From the NCBI GenBank assembly GCA_024704765.1, contig JAKMXF010000033.1, positions 186,001 through 250,000 on the forward strand: a DNA stretch of 64,000 bases. The letters run 5' to 3'. Of the stretch, positions 1 to 11,042 are shown in pieces. Under the pieces are notes generated by a model. It worked only from the letters and a program-made list of their open reading frames with translations, did not search any database and had not been told where the DNA came from. The DNA is from Oopsacas minuta. Taxonomy: Eukaryota > Animalia > Porifera. The first letter of the stretch is position 1; every line of letters starts with the position of its first letter. Made by a program: the position numbers and the translations under genes.

Positions 1-107
1 ATATTTAAGGTATTGGGATGATTTTCAAAGGACACATCCATAGATACGCATTTGGCTTTAAGTTATGTCTAGTTAAAATCCATAAAACAAATAAATTTAA
101 TACTCAC

Positions 108-351
108 CTCCACCATTTTGTTCCAACAAGGATTGACTACATACACTGAATAAGGACTTGTATCTCTGCAACTATACTATAATGTATTAATATAAATTGA
201 GTACCTAGGAGTGTTTATTCGCCCCCTGGGGGTACATAATTGCCCTGTCAACAACAACAACAACAACAACAACAACAACGCTTACCTTATAGTTGTCAAA
301 TCCTTTGAGTTGTCTATCATTTAGATACGGTACCCCTGTTATCATATTCAT
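108..351 (-). CDS. SELENOI: Ethanolamine/choline phosphotransferase (EPT1/SELENOI-like), 5' part; the gene runs off the left edge
   Basis: Exons 351-286 and 176-108 (GT-AG) join to MNMITGVPYLNDRQLKGFDNYK|YSCRDTSPYSVYVVNPCWNKMVE, matching the EPT1/CEPT1 N-terminus (QLxGFDKYKYSxxDT.PLS.YV..PFW). Confidence 0.8.
249..279. repeat. (CAA)n microsatellite in EPT1 intron 1
   Basis: About 10 tandem CAA units. Confidence 0.9.
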
Positions 352-392
352 TCTGTTATAATCTAATTATATAAATATACACAAACAAGTGA

Positions 393-3170
393 ATGGAGTT
401 TTATACTACAAGGAAGCCCCCCACAAAACGGCGGAATATTCAACATCATCTAGTGGATGGTCTCCAAAAGGATGAAGCATATCCTTTGTCAATTAATATG
501 TACAGAGACCCCCCTACTGAGGATATTATGTTGGAAGAGTTTAAAGAACTAGCGCTTAAGCGTAGAAATTGTTAGTTATCAATTCTGGAAATATTAAAAT
601 ATTGTTTGCTATGTTTTATTAATATTACTTTTTTTGTAGTGCTGAAAGAGATAGAATACTTCAACAGTAAGTTTCAAAAATGGGGGGAAGATTGGAAAAT
701 GAGAATGAGAGACATTTCTAAATCAAATAAACTACACGTAAGTATGTTTGTAAACAAATAACAAACAATAAATACGTTCTGAATATTGTTGATGTTATAG
801 GTAGACAGGATAGATGAAGATAGTCAGAAGATAAGAAGGAGAGACTATATATCACATTTTCTACTCAGATTAGCTTATTCTCAAAGGTAACTCAGATAAC
901 TCCAGTCTATGGGTCCTCTCACTTTACTTCTTAAAATTTTAGTGAGCATCTGAGGAGATGGATGGTTTTACATGAAACTGATTTATTCAGGTAAACTAAC
1001 CGCCTTTATAATCTCTAAATAACAACAGGCTTATTGTATTTAACGCGTAGATACAGATTTGAGAATGCTACAGAAGTGGAAAGATTCGAATTTATGTCGA
1101 AGGACCCAGATTTAAAGTCTTACTCTCAAGTTAGTAATAATAGAATAGAGTGTCGGTTAATTGGGTCACTTTGTCCCGAGGGCATTTTGGCGACACAATA
1201 AGCAGGGACGGATGAATTATTAATTACAGACATATTTTAGATAGAAGATTCAGAATTTCAGTTAGTTGAAGAATCTCTTTTAGAGAGTTATATTAAATTC
1301 CTTAGGGACAAAATCAATAAGGAAAATGTAAAGTTTTACAAAGTAAGTTATTTGTACGGAAATATATTTATGAGCTAAGCCAGGGCCCGTAGAGATCTGT
1401 GCTGTGTGTATTCTGTTTAGATACCATTCACTCTAGTACCGAATCTAGTGTCTAACAGATCTATTTTTATACAAAACGTGAGTTGGATTTGTATTGGAAA
1501 TATGTCCCACTGTATTTGGAATTCTTGTACTTGTGTAGGGTTACGCTTATTTGCCTTCCTGGGATCTACAGACAATAGTCACAAGTGTATTCCGAGCTAA
1601 ACTCTCTCTAGCATTAACAGTAGGTTAATATTATCTAAAAAATTATTGCTATATGAAACGTGTTACGTTGCTATATTTAGAATACTAGTAGGAAATTAGA
1701 AAGAGCAAGAGATGATGAGAGAATATGGAAATTCTTAACTCAATTAGAGTGAGTTCTATAATGAGACTAAACAGAGGTCTGGGAACTTGTACTTCTCATG
1801 AGGTTATCTTACATCTCTTTATAGTACGTATTATGAGGGACCTGAATACAGAGGAACTTCTAAAAAAAATAATGAGAAGATTAGTGTTGGAGATATTGAA
1901 GATGTGAGTATAGTTACGAATATGTTACAAAGGAATTCATGGTTTCATATAAGGAGAGAGGAGATAAATCACCCCATGTAGCCCTTGCTAGTATGTTTAT
2001 ACATTTGCCATACTTTTAGATATTCAAAGATTCATATCCTCTGTGTATGATAAATCTCCACACCAGTCTAAAGAAAGAGCATCACCTAAAGCACTGGGGG
2101 AGAATGCAATACGGACTATTCTTAAAGGTAAAATATTATTACCACCCTGAGACCTCTAATCCTTATTTACAGAAAGGGTAACACGTTCTATTGATAGGGT
2201 ATTGGACTTAATATGGAGGATTCATTGAGGTTCTGGAGAGAAGAATTTATGAAAGCAATGGATTCGGATAAAGTAAGAAATAACTACTAAATAGAAGTTT
2301 ATATTATAAGAAAGACAAAAACTCATATTCCCGGTTTATGTAATAACAAAATAATACACAAATCAGTTACCTGTACCTACAATCACTTCACACCTAATAT
2401 ATCAGTTAGTAATATTATCGTTTAGTTTGACAAGAATTACGCTTATAACATCAGACATCATTATGGACGAGAGGGTGGTAAGATTAGCTACTCAGCTTAC
2501 AGCTGTTCTAAGATTATTAACAATAATCCTCCAGGACCTGTTGACAATCATGGTATGTGTATTTGTATTTCACACCTCACAAAACGCAGGCAATTCCATA
2601 TTAAGGTGTTTTGGGGGACATGAGGGAACTCTTAGCAAGTATGTACATTTCCCTCTTTTCCTAGTAACGTTACATACAGTATGGAATGTAAGGATTACCG
2701 CCTTCACATATATCTTCATTTTAGGTTGTCCGTACAGACATTACGATAAGTCTAATCTGAAGGCTATGCTAATAGCTCAAGGGATTAAGGACAAGCCACT
2801 TAGAGCAATACTTGATCTAGCAGAAAATAGGCAGTATAATAACGCTTGCCTCAGATATTTTGAAACAAAACACGAGGTTAGAAATACTTTTACGTAATTA
2901 TACATGAAAATATTATTTATTTCTTAGTTGGAGGAAACTTCCTTAGTGATGGATCACCCGAACAAATATTTTGATGAGAGCAGGTATATACTGAAAGGTA
3001 ACCGTCCTATTCAGACCCGTGGACGCCCTCCTGTCGTGACGAACGCTCCAGCCCCAATGGAAACATCTGCAGAGAAAGCAATCGTCCCAGGGAAAGAAAA
3101 TTGTCTCCTCGGTAACTTTGAAGATTTTGATGACTTAAATACACAAGAATTGGAAGCTTTAGATATTTAA
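393..3170 (+). CDS. PRIM2: DNA primase large subunit
   Basis: About 15 short exons with consistent phases. Motifs: [81 protein letters not shown] (Fe-S cluster cysteines). Confidence 0.95.
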
Positions 3171-3309
3171 ATTGCTTAGGTAACACGATCGCTTATTGTT
3201 GTTTATAAACCAGATGTAAACAAGACAACAAAAGTTCATTTTTATGTGATTTGAATGAAAACTGATACAAACATCTTACATATAGTTCTATTCTCAAATA
3301 TTTGTGTAA

Positions 3310-5578
3310 TTAATCCCAGTCTGGCCATTCTTCATTCTAGAAATAAAATAATATAACGTTTGTCTATCTTTAACTGCATGTAAATGGTCCAATTAGCAGT
3401 CATAATCAACCAATGATAGACATACCAGTGGACTTCGCTAATACGAACACTAACTGACGGCCACAATTTGCTCGGAGTTCGTATTAACGAGGTTCCACTG
3501 TATACCATCAGCTCACTCTTTCATTGTGCTTGGATTTATTTGGACTACCAACTGTCATATTATGAATAAAGTCCATAACGCTGGGTTTAGGGGAACTATT
3601 GCCTGTTACATCCTCACTGTGCTTAAGTTTGGGAGAAATGTTGTCTACGTCTTGTGGGTCAATCACCATTATACTGTCGCTACTATTATCAGCTGAAGAA
3701 TCTATTAATATAATTAGTATAAATGTTCCGAGTTCGAACCCCATCACCGACCCAACATTTTGGTATCCATGAAGGCAAACTTCTCACAAATGCCAAAAAT
3801 AACGATTTTCTCATAACATAATTTACCATTAGAAGCAGTGATCTTAACACTCGCCACCATAGCTATTTTCTGTTCTAATATTTCCTTGGTTGACATAGAA
3901 CCGGCTACAGCCTCATCTGGTTCTTCTATTGACACGAAGCTGTCAGCTGAGCTAATGTTATCATGTCTGGAGTTAGAGTCATCAGAATCTATATCCGCTC
4001 CGTCAGGAGATCCGATTTGCTAGAAGTAAAATCAATTACTTTCAAGGTATAGCGGGTAAAGAATCATTTGCTTAGAACTGAAGCTTGCTCTACAGATTAC
4101 TCTTTAGTTAATGCAGTTATTTCGAGTTTTTATACCTGAAAAGACATAGAAGAAGAAGGGCTCTCAATATGGAATTTCTTCCTTGTATTAGTAGGAGTGG
4201 CAATATCTAAACAACAACAAAATATTAATATCTGTTTATCATATAAATATACTAATAAATTTACCAGAATCTGAATCCCATCCAAATTCAGTTTCTTTGT
4301 CATGCAAACTCTTAGATATATCCTCTTCCTACAATTACAATTGGCACTAGCTATAACTGCCACTTTCTGCCACTGTGGCATGCTATTTACCTTTCTTAGT
4401 ATTTGTTCACGATATAAGTATCTCATCCAAAATATTGAATAACTCACAACAGAAGGTACCTACAAATAAACACAAACAAACAAACAATGTATGTGTTTGT
4501 TTATTGAAATGTGTTACTCACTAGTTCTGTATGTATTTTCTTTACTTCTGTATTCTCTACTAAAAGCTGTGAAATTCTATCTTTGAAGTTATCAACATTG
4601 AAGTTTGATTTCCATTCTGTGTAATCTTCATCTTCAAAATATAATGCAATATTACACAAACAGCATAGAGATCTTTTTATATTACGACTGGGGGGACATT
4701 CCTTGCTCTCCTTCCCCCCATATGCCAACTTACCCTCATAATCTGTTGTATAAGTCGACAGGCTTGTTTGCATTATAGCTAATCTCTCCTATAGTAATAC
4801 ATTAGTAATGCAATCTATAATATTTATTGATATATTCGACCTTAAATGGGGTGTATTGTTTCTGAGATTTGTTTAATAGTGTGTCAATCAATCTGCCCAA
4901 GCCAGTTCCTAAAAAATATACATAATTCCACAGGTGTGAAGTATCGAGGGAGAAATTACCAGACTGATCTGTTTCATTAGAATCTCCACATCCATCAGCT
5001 GACTGCTACAAACAACAACAAATAAATATTTGTCCTTATACAGTAGAACTCGGATAAGACGTACCCCCTCGGGAAACAGAAATTAGTACGTCTTAACCGA
5101 GTGTACGTCTTAAGCCGAGTACGTCTTATCCGAGTTCTACTATACATGTAGATATATGCATGTTTTAACTAACAACTATTTTCTCAGTGAGTGATATAGC
5201 TGAGTCTCCCACTACACTAACTGCATTGCTAGTATCTCTGTGTATAACTGTTACAAACTCTGTCAAGTCTCTCTTAGTAGCAGTAATGGCTACATTAGAC
5301 TATAACAGGAATAATACTATACAAGTAAGAGGAAGGTTAAAGCAAATTGTTTGTTACTTACTTGTTCTTTGGCTTTCTCCCAGATATTTCCTAGCCAGCC
5401 CGATCCCAATCCTCTAAATAGAAAAGGTAATAAGTAAACAAACAAACAAACAAACACACAGACAAACTTACGTTAGGTAGTTTAGAGAACTGCTTAGATA
5501 TACATTAGCATCTGATTCGTCAACAAATTCAGTTTTAGTATCTGGACAAGATTCAGCTATCTCTTCGTTGTAGAACAT
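3310..5578 (-). CDS. BSDC1: BSD domain-containing protein 1
   Basis: Spliced exons give GWLGNIWEKAKEQ|..KRDLTEFVTVIHRDT..ERLAIMQTSLSTY..EWKSNFNVDNFKDRISQLL..|VPSVVSYSIFWMRYLY..GWDSDS..|NEEWPDWD*, which matches BSDC1 including its terminal WxDW motif. The start codon is less certain. Confidence 0.85.
3426..3500. mobile_element. MITE, CAGTGGA.TTCG.TAATACGAAC family, in the last BSDC1 intron
   Basis: Inverted ends cagtggacttcgctaatacgaac / gttcgtattaacgaggttccactg followed by TA. Confidence 0.75.
5041..5142. mobile_element. pogo/Tc1-like MITE (about 24-bp TIR, TA flanks) in a BSDC1 intron
   Basis: TA|cagtagaactcggataagacgtac ... gtacgtcttatccgagttctacta|TA, with three internal gtacgtctta.ccgag copies. 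Confidence 0.85.
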
Positions 5579-5694
5579 ATTAACTAACACTTACAAGTTG
5601 TATTTGAATTTATAAATTATAACAGAGAGGATATATTAAAGACAAATATACTACTGACAAAATACAATTTTCCAATTTTACAGGTCATATAATA

Positions 5695-8600
5695 TTAACA
5701 CCTAATGATATCTGTAGGGACCCATCCCTCCTCTTTTCCAGCTCGTACCCATGTCCAACCACTCCCGCTGTCCTTCTCTATGACCTGTAGACTGTCCCCC
5801 ATTTTAATACTTATGCTTCCTTCGTGTTCCGCTCTGAAATCTTCCAGGGCTACAGGTCCAGCCTTCTTACTTGACGAATTGATGCTTGGTTTGTTTGATT
5901 GTAATTTTATTTTGTCCTCTAATACCCAACCTTCGTCCCTTCTGATTCTCATCCATAACCAGCCGTCAGTCCCCTTCTCGATTAACTCAGCGGTCTCTCC
6001 CTTTCTGAAACTCAAACATCCCTCATCATAAGCTCTATTATCATCTATTGTTACATAGTTAGTGCACTCTTGTGTTGCTATGGTGGGAACTGTAGGTCGA
6101 GATGGACGAGATGGACGAGATGTTTGAATCGGTTTAATAGGATCCGATTGTTTCTTATGATTTGGTGAAACTGGTTCAAACCCACTAATATCCTGACTCA
6201 CAGGTCTACTAGGTTTAATAGGCTTGTTTGGAGCAGATTCCAAACGTTTTGTTATCATGTCGGATAATTCGTTCCCTACACATTGTGACTCATGGATAGT
6301 GGGTCTTGGTTTTTTAGAAGGGAGAGGTTTGTTGGTCTCGCCCCCTGAGACCCCTGAGGGGTCGATCTTAAGCTTTGTGTAAGAAGAAGGTTTATTTGGC
6401 ATTACCGGTTTATCTACAGAACCCATTTTGATTGGCTTGAAATTCTGCGAGGTTTCTGTATGTTTAGGTTGTATAGGTATAACCGGTTTATCCGGCTTTC
6501 CTATGACGGTTGGCTTAGTGGGGAGCTTATTCTGTATAACTGGTTTATCAACTAGTCCTGGCTTACTGGGTGTAACTGGCTTTAGCTGTGCTTTGAAATC
6601 TCCATTGAATGTCTTATTAACAGGGAGAAATGGTTTGGCAGGTTCTGTTATATCTTTAACAGGGAATCTTGAATTTATTTGTGAAGGTTTGGTCGGTGAG
6701 GCTGGAGCAGGCCGAGATGGTTTTATATTTTCTCCTTCTACCAGTAAGTAGTCAGGAGCCCAACCTTCTTGTCCTTTTGCGTTCTTAAGATACCACCAGC
6801 CGGTCTCAGTCTTCTGAATTATGTTGAATGATTCTCCGGTCTTGAAGGGGAGAATATCTTTCGTAGCACTTATGAACGGACCATTTGAGGTACATTGCTT
6901 GGGTTTCATTGCGAGTAGAGAGCTCCTATGAGCTGTCATTTTGGGGCTAGGCTCCTTGGCGTATTTCTGAACCTCCTTCTTCTCGAGATACGTAGATGGT
7001 ACCCAACCTAGTTCCCCTCTCAGATTAGCCCACCACCAACCTGTGTCATGTTTCTCTACTATCTATACAATACATTTTATATAAATCCTACTCCGATGAA
7101 TCGCCCCCTGATTTCCTCACCTCGATAACATCACCTTCTCTAAAGGATAACCCATCTGAGTCCTGTGTTTCATAGTCCCCAGTAGCTATGAACTCATCTA
7201 TCTTGTGCTCTGGTATACGCTTGTCCCGAGCACCCAGAGTTTCTCTAAAGTTAATATATATATTATGGGAAAAAATAATATTGAATTAACAGACTAACCT
7301 CTCTTTACGTTTGCGGATAGAAACTTGTTTTATAGACTGTCTTCTTGGAATAAACTGGTTATCTGTCGCAGCAGTTATTGGGATTGTAGGTAGTTTAGGT
7401 TCTACTTGTCCTGTGTCTATCGATTTATGATTCGTTTGTGATTCTAAACATTCTCAAATAAAACCGCCTCAGAATAATCAATGTATTTCTATGCGTTTTA
7501 ACTCACTAAGAAATCTTTCAGGTGAATCTAGGTAACAACCTCTACTCATGGGAAGAGTTGACAACTTTCTTCTCTGTCCTGTTAATCAGAACACCCGTAA
7601 ATTACGGTTAGTATCCCTGTATTCTAATTTACCTGCTCTACCAAACTCTTGTGTATTTGTCTCAAGATATGCAGCTGGCATAAGACCTTCTTTCTTCCGG
7701 TATCTACATAACCACCAACCATCATAATTCTTCTGTGTAACAAGAACAACCACTCCTTTCTCGAAACTCAGTTCATCTGTGCTCTGAGCTATGTAGGAGT
7801 TGTTGGTTATGTATTCTTCCTCATCACCTAAGTGTGTTACAGTATATTTAACTCCTGTTATATCTAGGTAATTATCGTAGTCCCTTGAGCTTCGATCTAA
7901 CTGGAGTTGTATATGATAATTGCTACACAACAGTGCACTATTATAAAGCAACCATTTTATTGAAAATATTTTTCAATTAGAATTGACTATGTAAATACAA
8001 TTTCTTATATTTCTTAGAGTTTATTGAATATTTTCTGTTTTTCTGATAAGTTTGCCGTCCTCTCAGGTAAAGTTATCCGATGTAAGTTATTTATTTACCT
8101 GTGACAGTTCCTCAAAACAATAACAAAAAATAAATAAATAAATAAATAAACAAAATAATTATTACAAAATCAAATTGAGAGACGGCTAAGCATGTTTTTA
8201 AGGGCGTTAAATAATGGTGAGTTGTTATCCCTCAGTGTATATTCACAGCTAGAAGAGGTAGGTTGAAACGGTAAGTCGGTAAGTACAGACATTATTCTAT
8301 GACGCAATACCTTCCACCAAATCTCCTCGCGCTATTCCAAGCGCGTGAACCAATCCCTTATCTCCCACCCACGGACAAACTACCAGAGGACAAGCCAGAG
8401 TGTAAGTACGGGGGGGTCTCCAAATATGTAAATTTCTTTGAAAGCAAATCTTCATCCGCCGCTTACAGAAGTTCCACAGAGACAAAGCAGGAGAGACAAG
8501 ACAGGAGAGTGAGAGAGAGAAATGAACGAAGTAAGAGAGAGATTGAGCGTAAGTTAGACAAATGGGACCCACACTCTGACCCCAATGCGTCAGGAGACCC

Positions 8601-10341
8601 CTATAAGACTCTATTCGTTGCCAGACTGAGTTACGAAGTGACCGAGGCGAAGCTCCGAGAGAATTCGAGGTATACGGCCCGATAAAGAGAGTCAATCTAG
8701 TGACTGATGCGCAGGGAAAATTGAGAGGATATGGATTCATTGAGTACGAACATCAGAGGGATATGTGGGATGCTTACAAACATGCTGACGGTAAGAAGAT
8801 ATATCAAAAGAGAGTATTAGTAGATGTAGAGAGAGGTAGGACAAGCGAGGACTGGATCCCTCGACGCTTAGGGGGCGGGCTAGGAGGTACAAGGAGGGGA
8901 GCACCGGATAATTGTAGCAAGTATTCAGGACGTGAGGACGATAAGGGAGGTTATATGGGTGTAGATGATCGGAAGAGACGGCACTCTCCATCAAGTCGAG
9001 AAAGGATTAGGAAATACCGGAGTAGGAGTAGAAGTAGGGAGAAAGACAGGAGAAGGTAAGTTACCAACTTCTTAATAATAATATTACAACAGTATATAAC
9101 TGGATTATACATTTACAGGTCTCATTCAAGGGAACGTAAGAGAGAGAAGAGGGATAGAAGTAGAGAAAGAGACCGCAAGAAGGACAGAGGAGATCGGGAC
9201 AGAGGCGATAGCTACAGAGATAAAGATAGGGATAGAGACAGGAGACATAGAAGTCCTAAACAATATGACGGTTACCTCCAGTCAGGAATTGATATTTGAA
9301 TACATTTTATTGAGCTCTGATAGTTAGAACTGTTGTACTATTCAGTGTGTAATAGGAATGCTAAGTATTAATTAAGGTTCTTAGTCTCAACTGGGATTAT
9401 TGTCAATATTGGTTACTAACCTGGAGCACATTTCTCTACTTCATCATCCTGTCCTCCACTCACAGGTTCCAGATAGGACGCAGGGACCCATCCTTGGTTT
9501 CCCGAGTTCTCTATAAACCACCATCCGCTTGCTTTCTTCTCCACAACATCAACAACGCTCCCCTCCTTGAGAGAACATTGTGATCTCTTTTCTTTATTAA
9601 AATCTGCTATAGCAACCCATTGCTCCAGTAAAATAGGATCAGAAATATTACGAGCTTCTGTCTCCCTAATACTCTTCTGTTTCTCACGAATAGGCTTTAT
9701 ATCTTCATCAGTTGCCTACAAATATGGTAGATAAGTGTTGTCAAATACGCTTCTCTCCCTTCAAACAGGATATCCCTCTATACCCAGCGGTTCCCAACCA
9801 TTCTCACCTGTTGGCCCCCACCCTATACTACAAAACAAATTATGAGATCTTGTGGACCCCCTGCTGTCTTCCGTGGACCACCAAGGGGTCCATTGGCCCC
9901 AGGTTGGGAACCGCTGTCCTATCCCAACTTACAAAACCGAGCTAACTTATATCCGGAGTAATACACACTAATACTTACCCCGAAGAAATCAGAAACAATT
10001 TGGCATGTAGATATAGAGGGTAATGCCAATAACTTATCCAGATATTCACCGAGGGGTCCCAGTCTCTGCTCCGCTACTCCCCTCACGTGACTCCGTCCGA
10101 ACAGAATCTTCCCGGGAAGGAAGGGTATCACACGATCCTCAGGGTTCTTCCTGCCCCCCTCTACCGGAAATTGTGTTAGTAGGGACAATTGGAATTCAAA
10201 GAACTGAGAGTATCTCCTGTATATTATATTAGCAGCTCCAGTTGTCCATGTAACCTGTATAACATATACGTAGTGCTTACTAGGGAACATCCTCTTCTCT
10301 AGACCTTGTATACTGAGGTTTTGTACCGATCTAACACTCAT
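5695..10341 (-). CDS. SH3PXD2: PX + six SH3 scaffold (SH3PXD2/Tks4-Tks5/p47phox family)
   Basis: Exons 10341-9979 (PX: [30 protein letters not shown]), 9715-9421 (SH3-1), 7827-7633 (SH3-2), 7578-7507, about 7443-7300, about 7248-7123 and about 7063-5695. All joins are in frame, and six SH3 GW-type motifs are visible. Confidence 0.88.
8299..9299 (+). CDS. SNRNP70: U1 snRNP 70 kDa protein, nested antisense in the SH3PXD2 intron 7828-9420; the assembly shows a 1-nt frameshift near 8658
   Basis: [94 protein letters not shown], then an RS/RD tail. One intron at 9056-9118. Confidence 0.92.
9785..9916. mobile_element. hAT (Charlie-like) non-autonomous element in SH3PXD2 intron 1
   Basis: Perfect 15-bp TIR cagcggttcccaacc / ggttgggaaccgctg. 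The flanking 8-mers tctatacc and tcctatcc are only a degenerate target-site duplication. Confidence 0.7.
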
Positions 10342-10378
10342 CTACTAGCAAAATTAATAGTGATACGTAATAGAGTTA

Positions 10379-10567
10379 CAGTGGAGTTCGCCTATTCGCA
10401 AGTCATATTTACATAAATTCTCTTCCTATTACGGTGGAACCGGCATAAACTGACACCCACCGGGACAAGAAAAATTTGTCGGAATATCTCGGTTCTTCCA
10501 GAGTATACAGGTGTCAGTTTATGCAAGTTCCACTGTACACGAATATTGCTAATAGACGAACACACTG
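10379..10567. mobile_element. MITE containing a second, nested MITE at 10432-10535
   Basis: Outer TIR cagtggagttcgcctattcgcaa / ttgctaatagacgaacacactg; inner 26-bp TIR cggtggaaccggcataaactgacacc / ggtgtcagtttatgcaagttccactg. Both are flanked by TA. Confidence 0.8.
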
Positions 10568-11042
10568 TAGGTCCTAACTATATTCTTATTAACGAGTGTT
10601 TGCAGGTATTTATGTGTTTCTTGTGGTTACTCTCTATTACACAGGTTCATTCAACTTTTGATTTTCTACGTATAATAATAGTGATAGTATACTTCTTGCC
10701 TTCTCTATAGATGACGGACGTTCCTTGCCAGGTCGTAAAGTTATTCATAGTTTAATCAGTTAAGCAAAAAGATTATCATATAACAAACAAACAAACAAAC
10801 AAACAAACAACTTAACAATTTACACAATATAGAAAAGAAAAGGTTGTGAGAAGTATATCGTAAGTTGGGGACAATTATATTTATTGTATCTCTCAGACAG
10901 GTTGTTAGTTTATTGATTTTTGTCGTTAGGTAGCCTATCACATTGATAGTATTGGAGGAAGGTGTCAGGTGTATCTGTTAATAGGATAATTCATTAATTA
11001 AGGTGAATGCGATTAATTGGGAAACCTAGGGCAGTCGGAGGC

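Noticed and set aside
5705-6751. Antisense ORFs over long exons (also 23793-24329, 29688-31697, 54294-54746 and others)
   Set aside because: These are shadow frames of real CDSs with no recognisable motifs.
8671-8690. 20-nt micro-intron rescuing the SNRNP70 frameshift
   Set aside because: It is far shorter than other introns here and would delete the conserved [11 protein letters not shown] residues.
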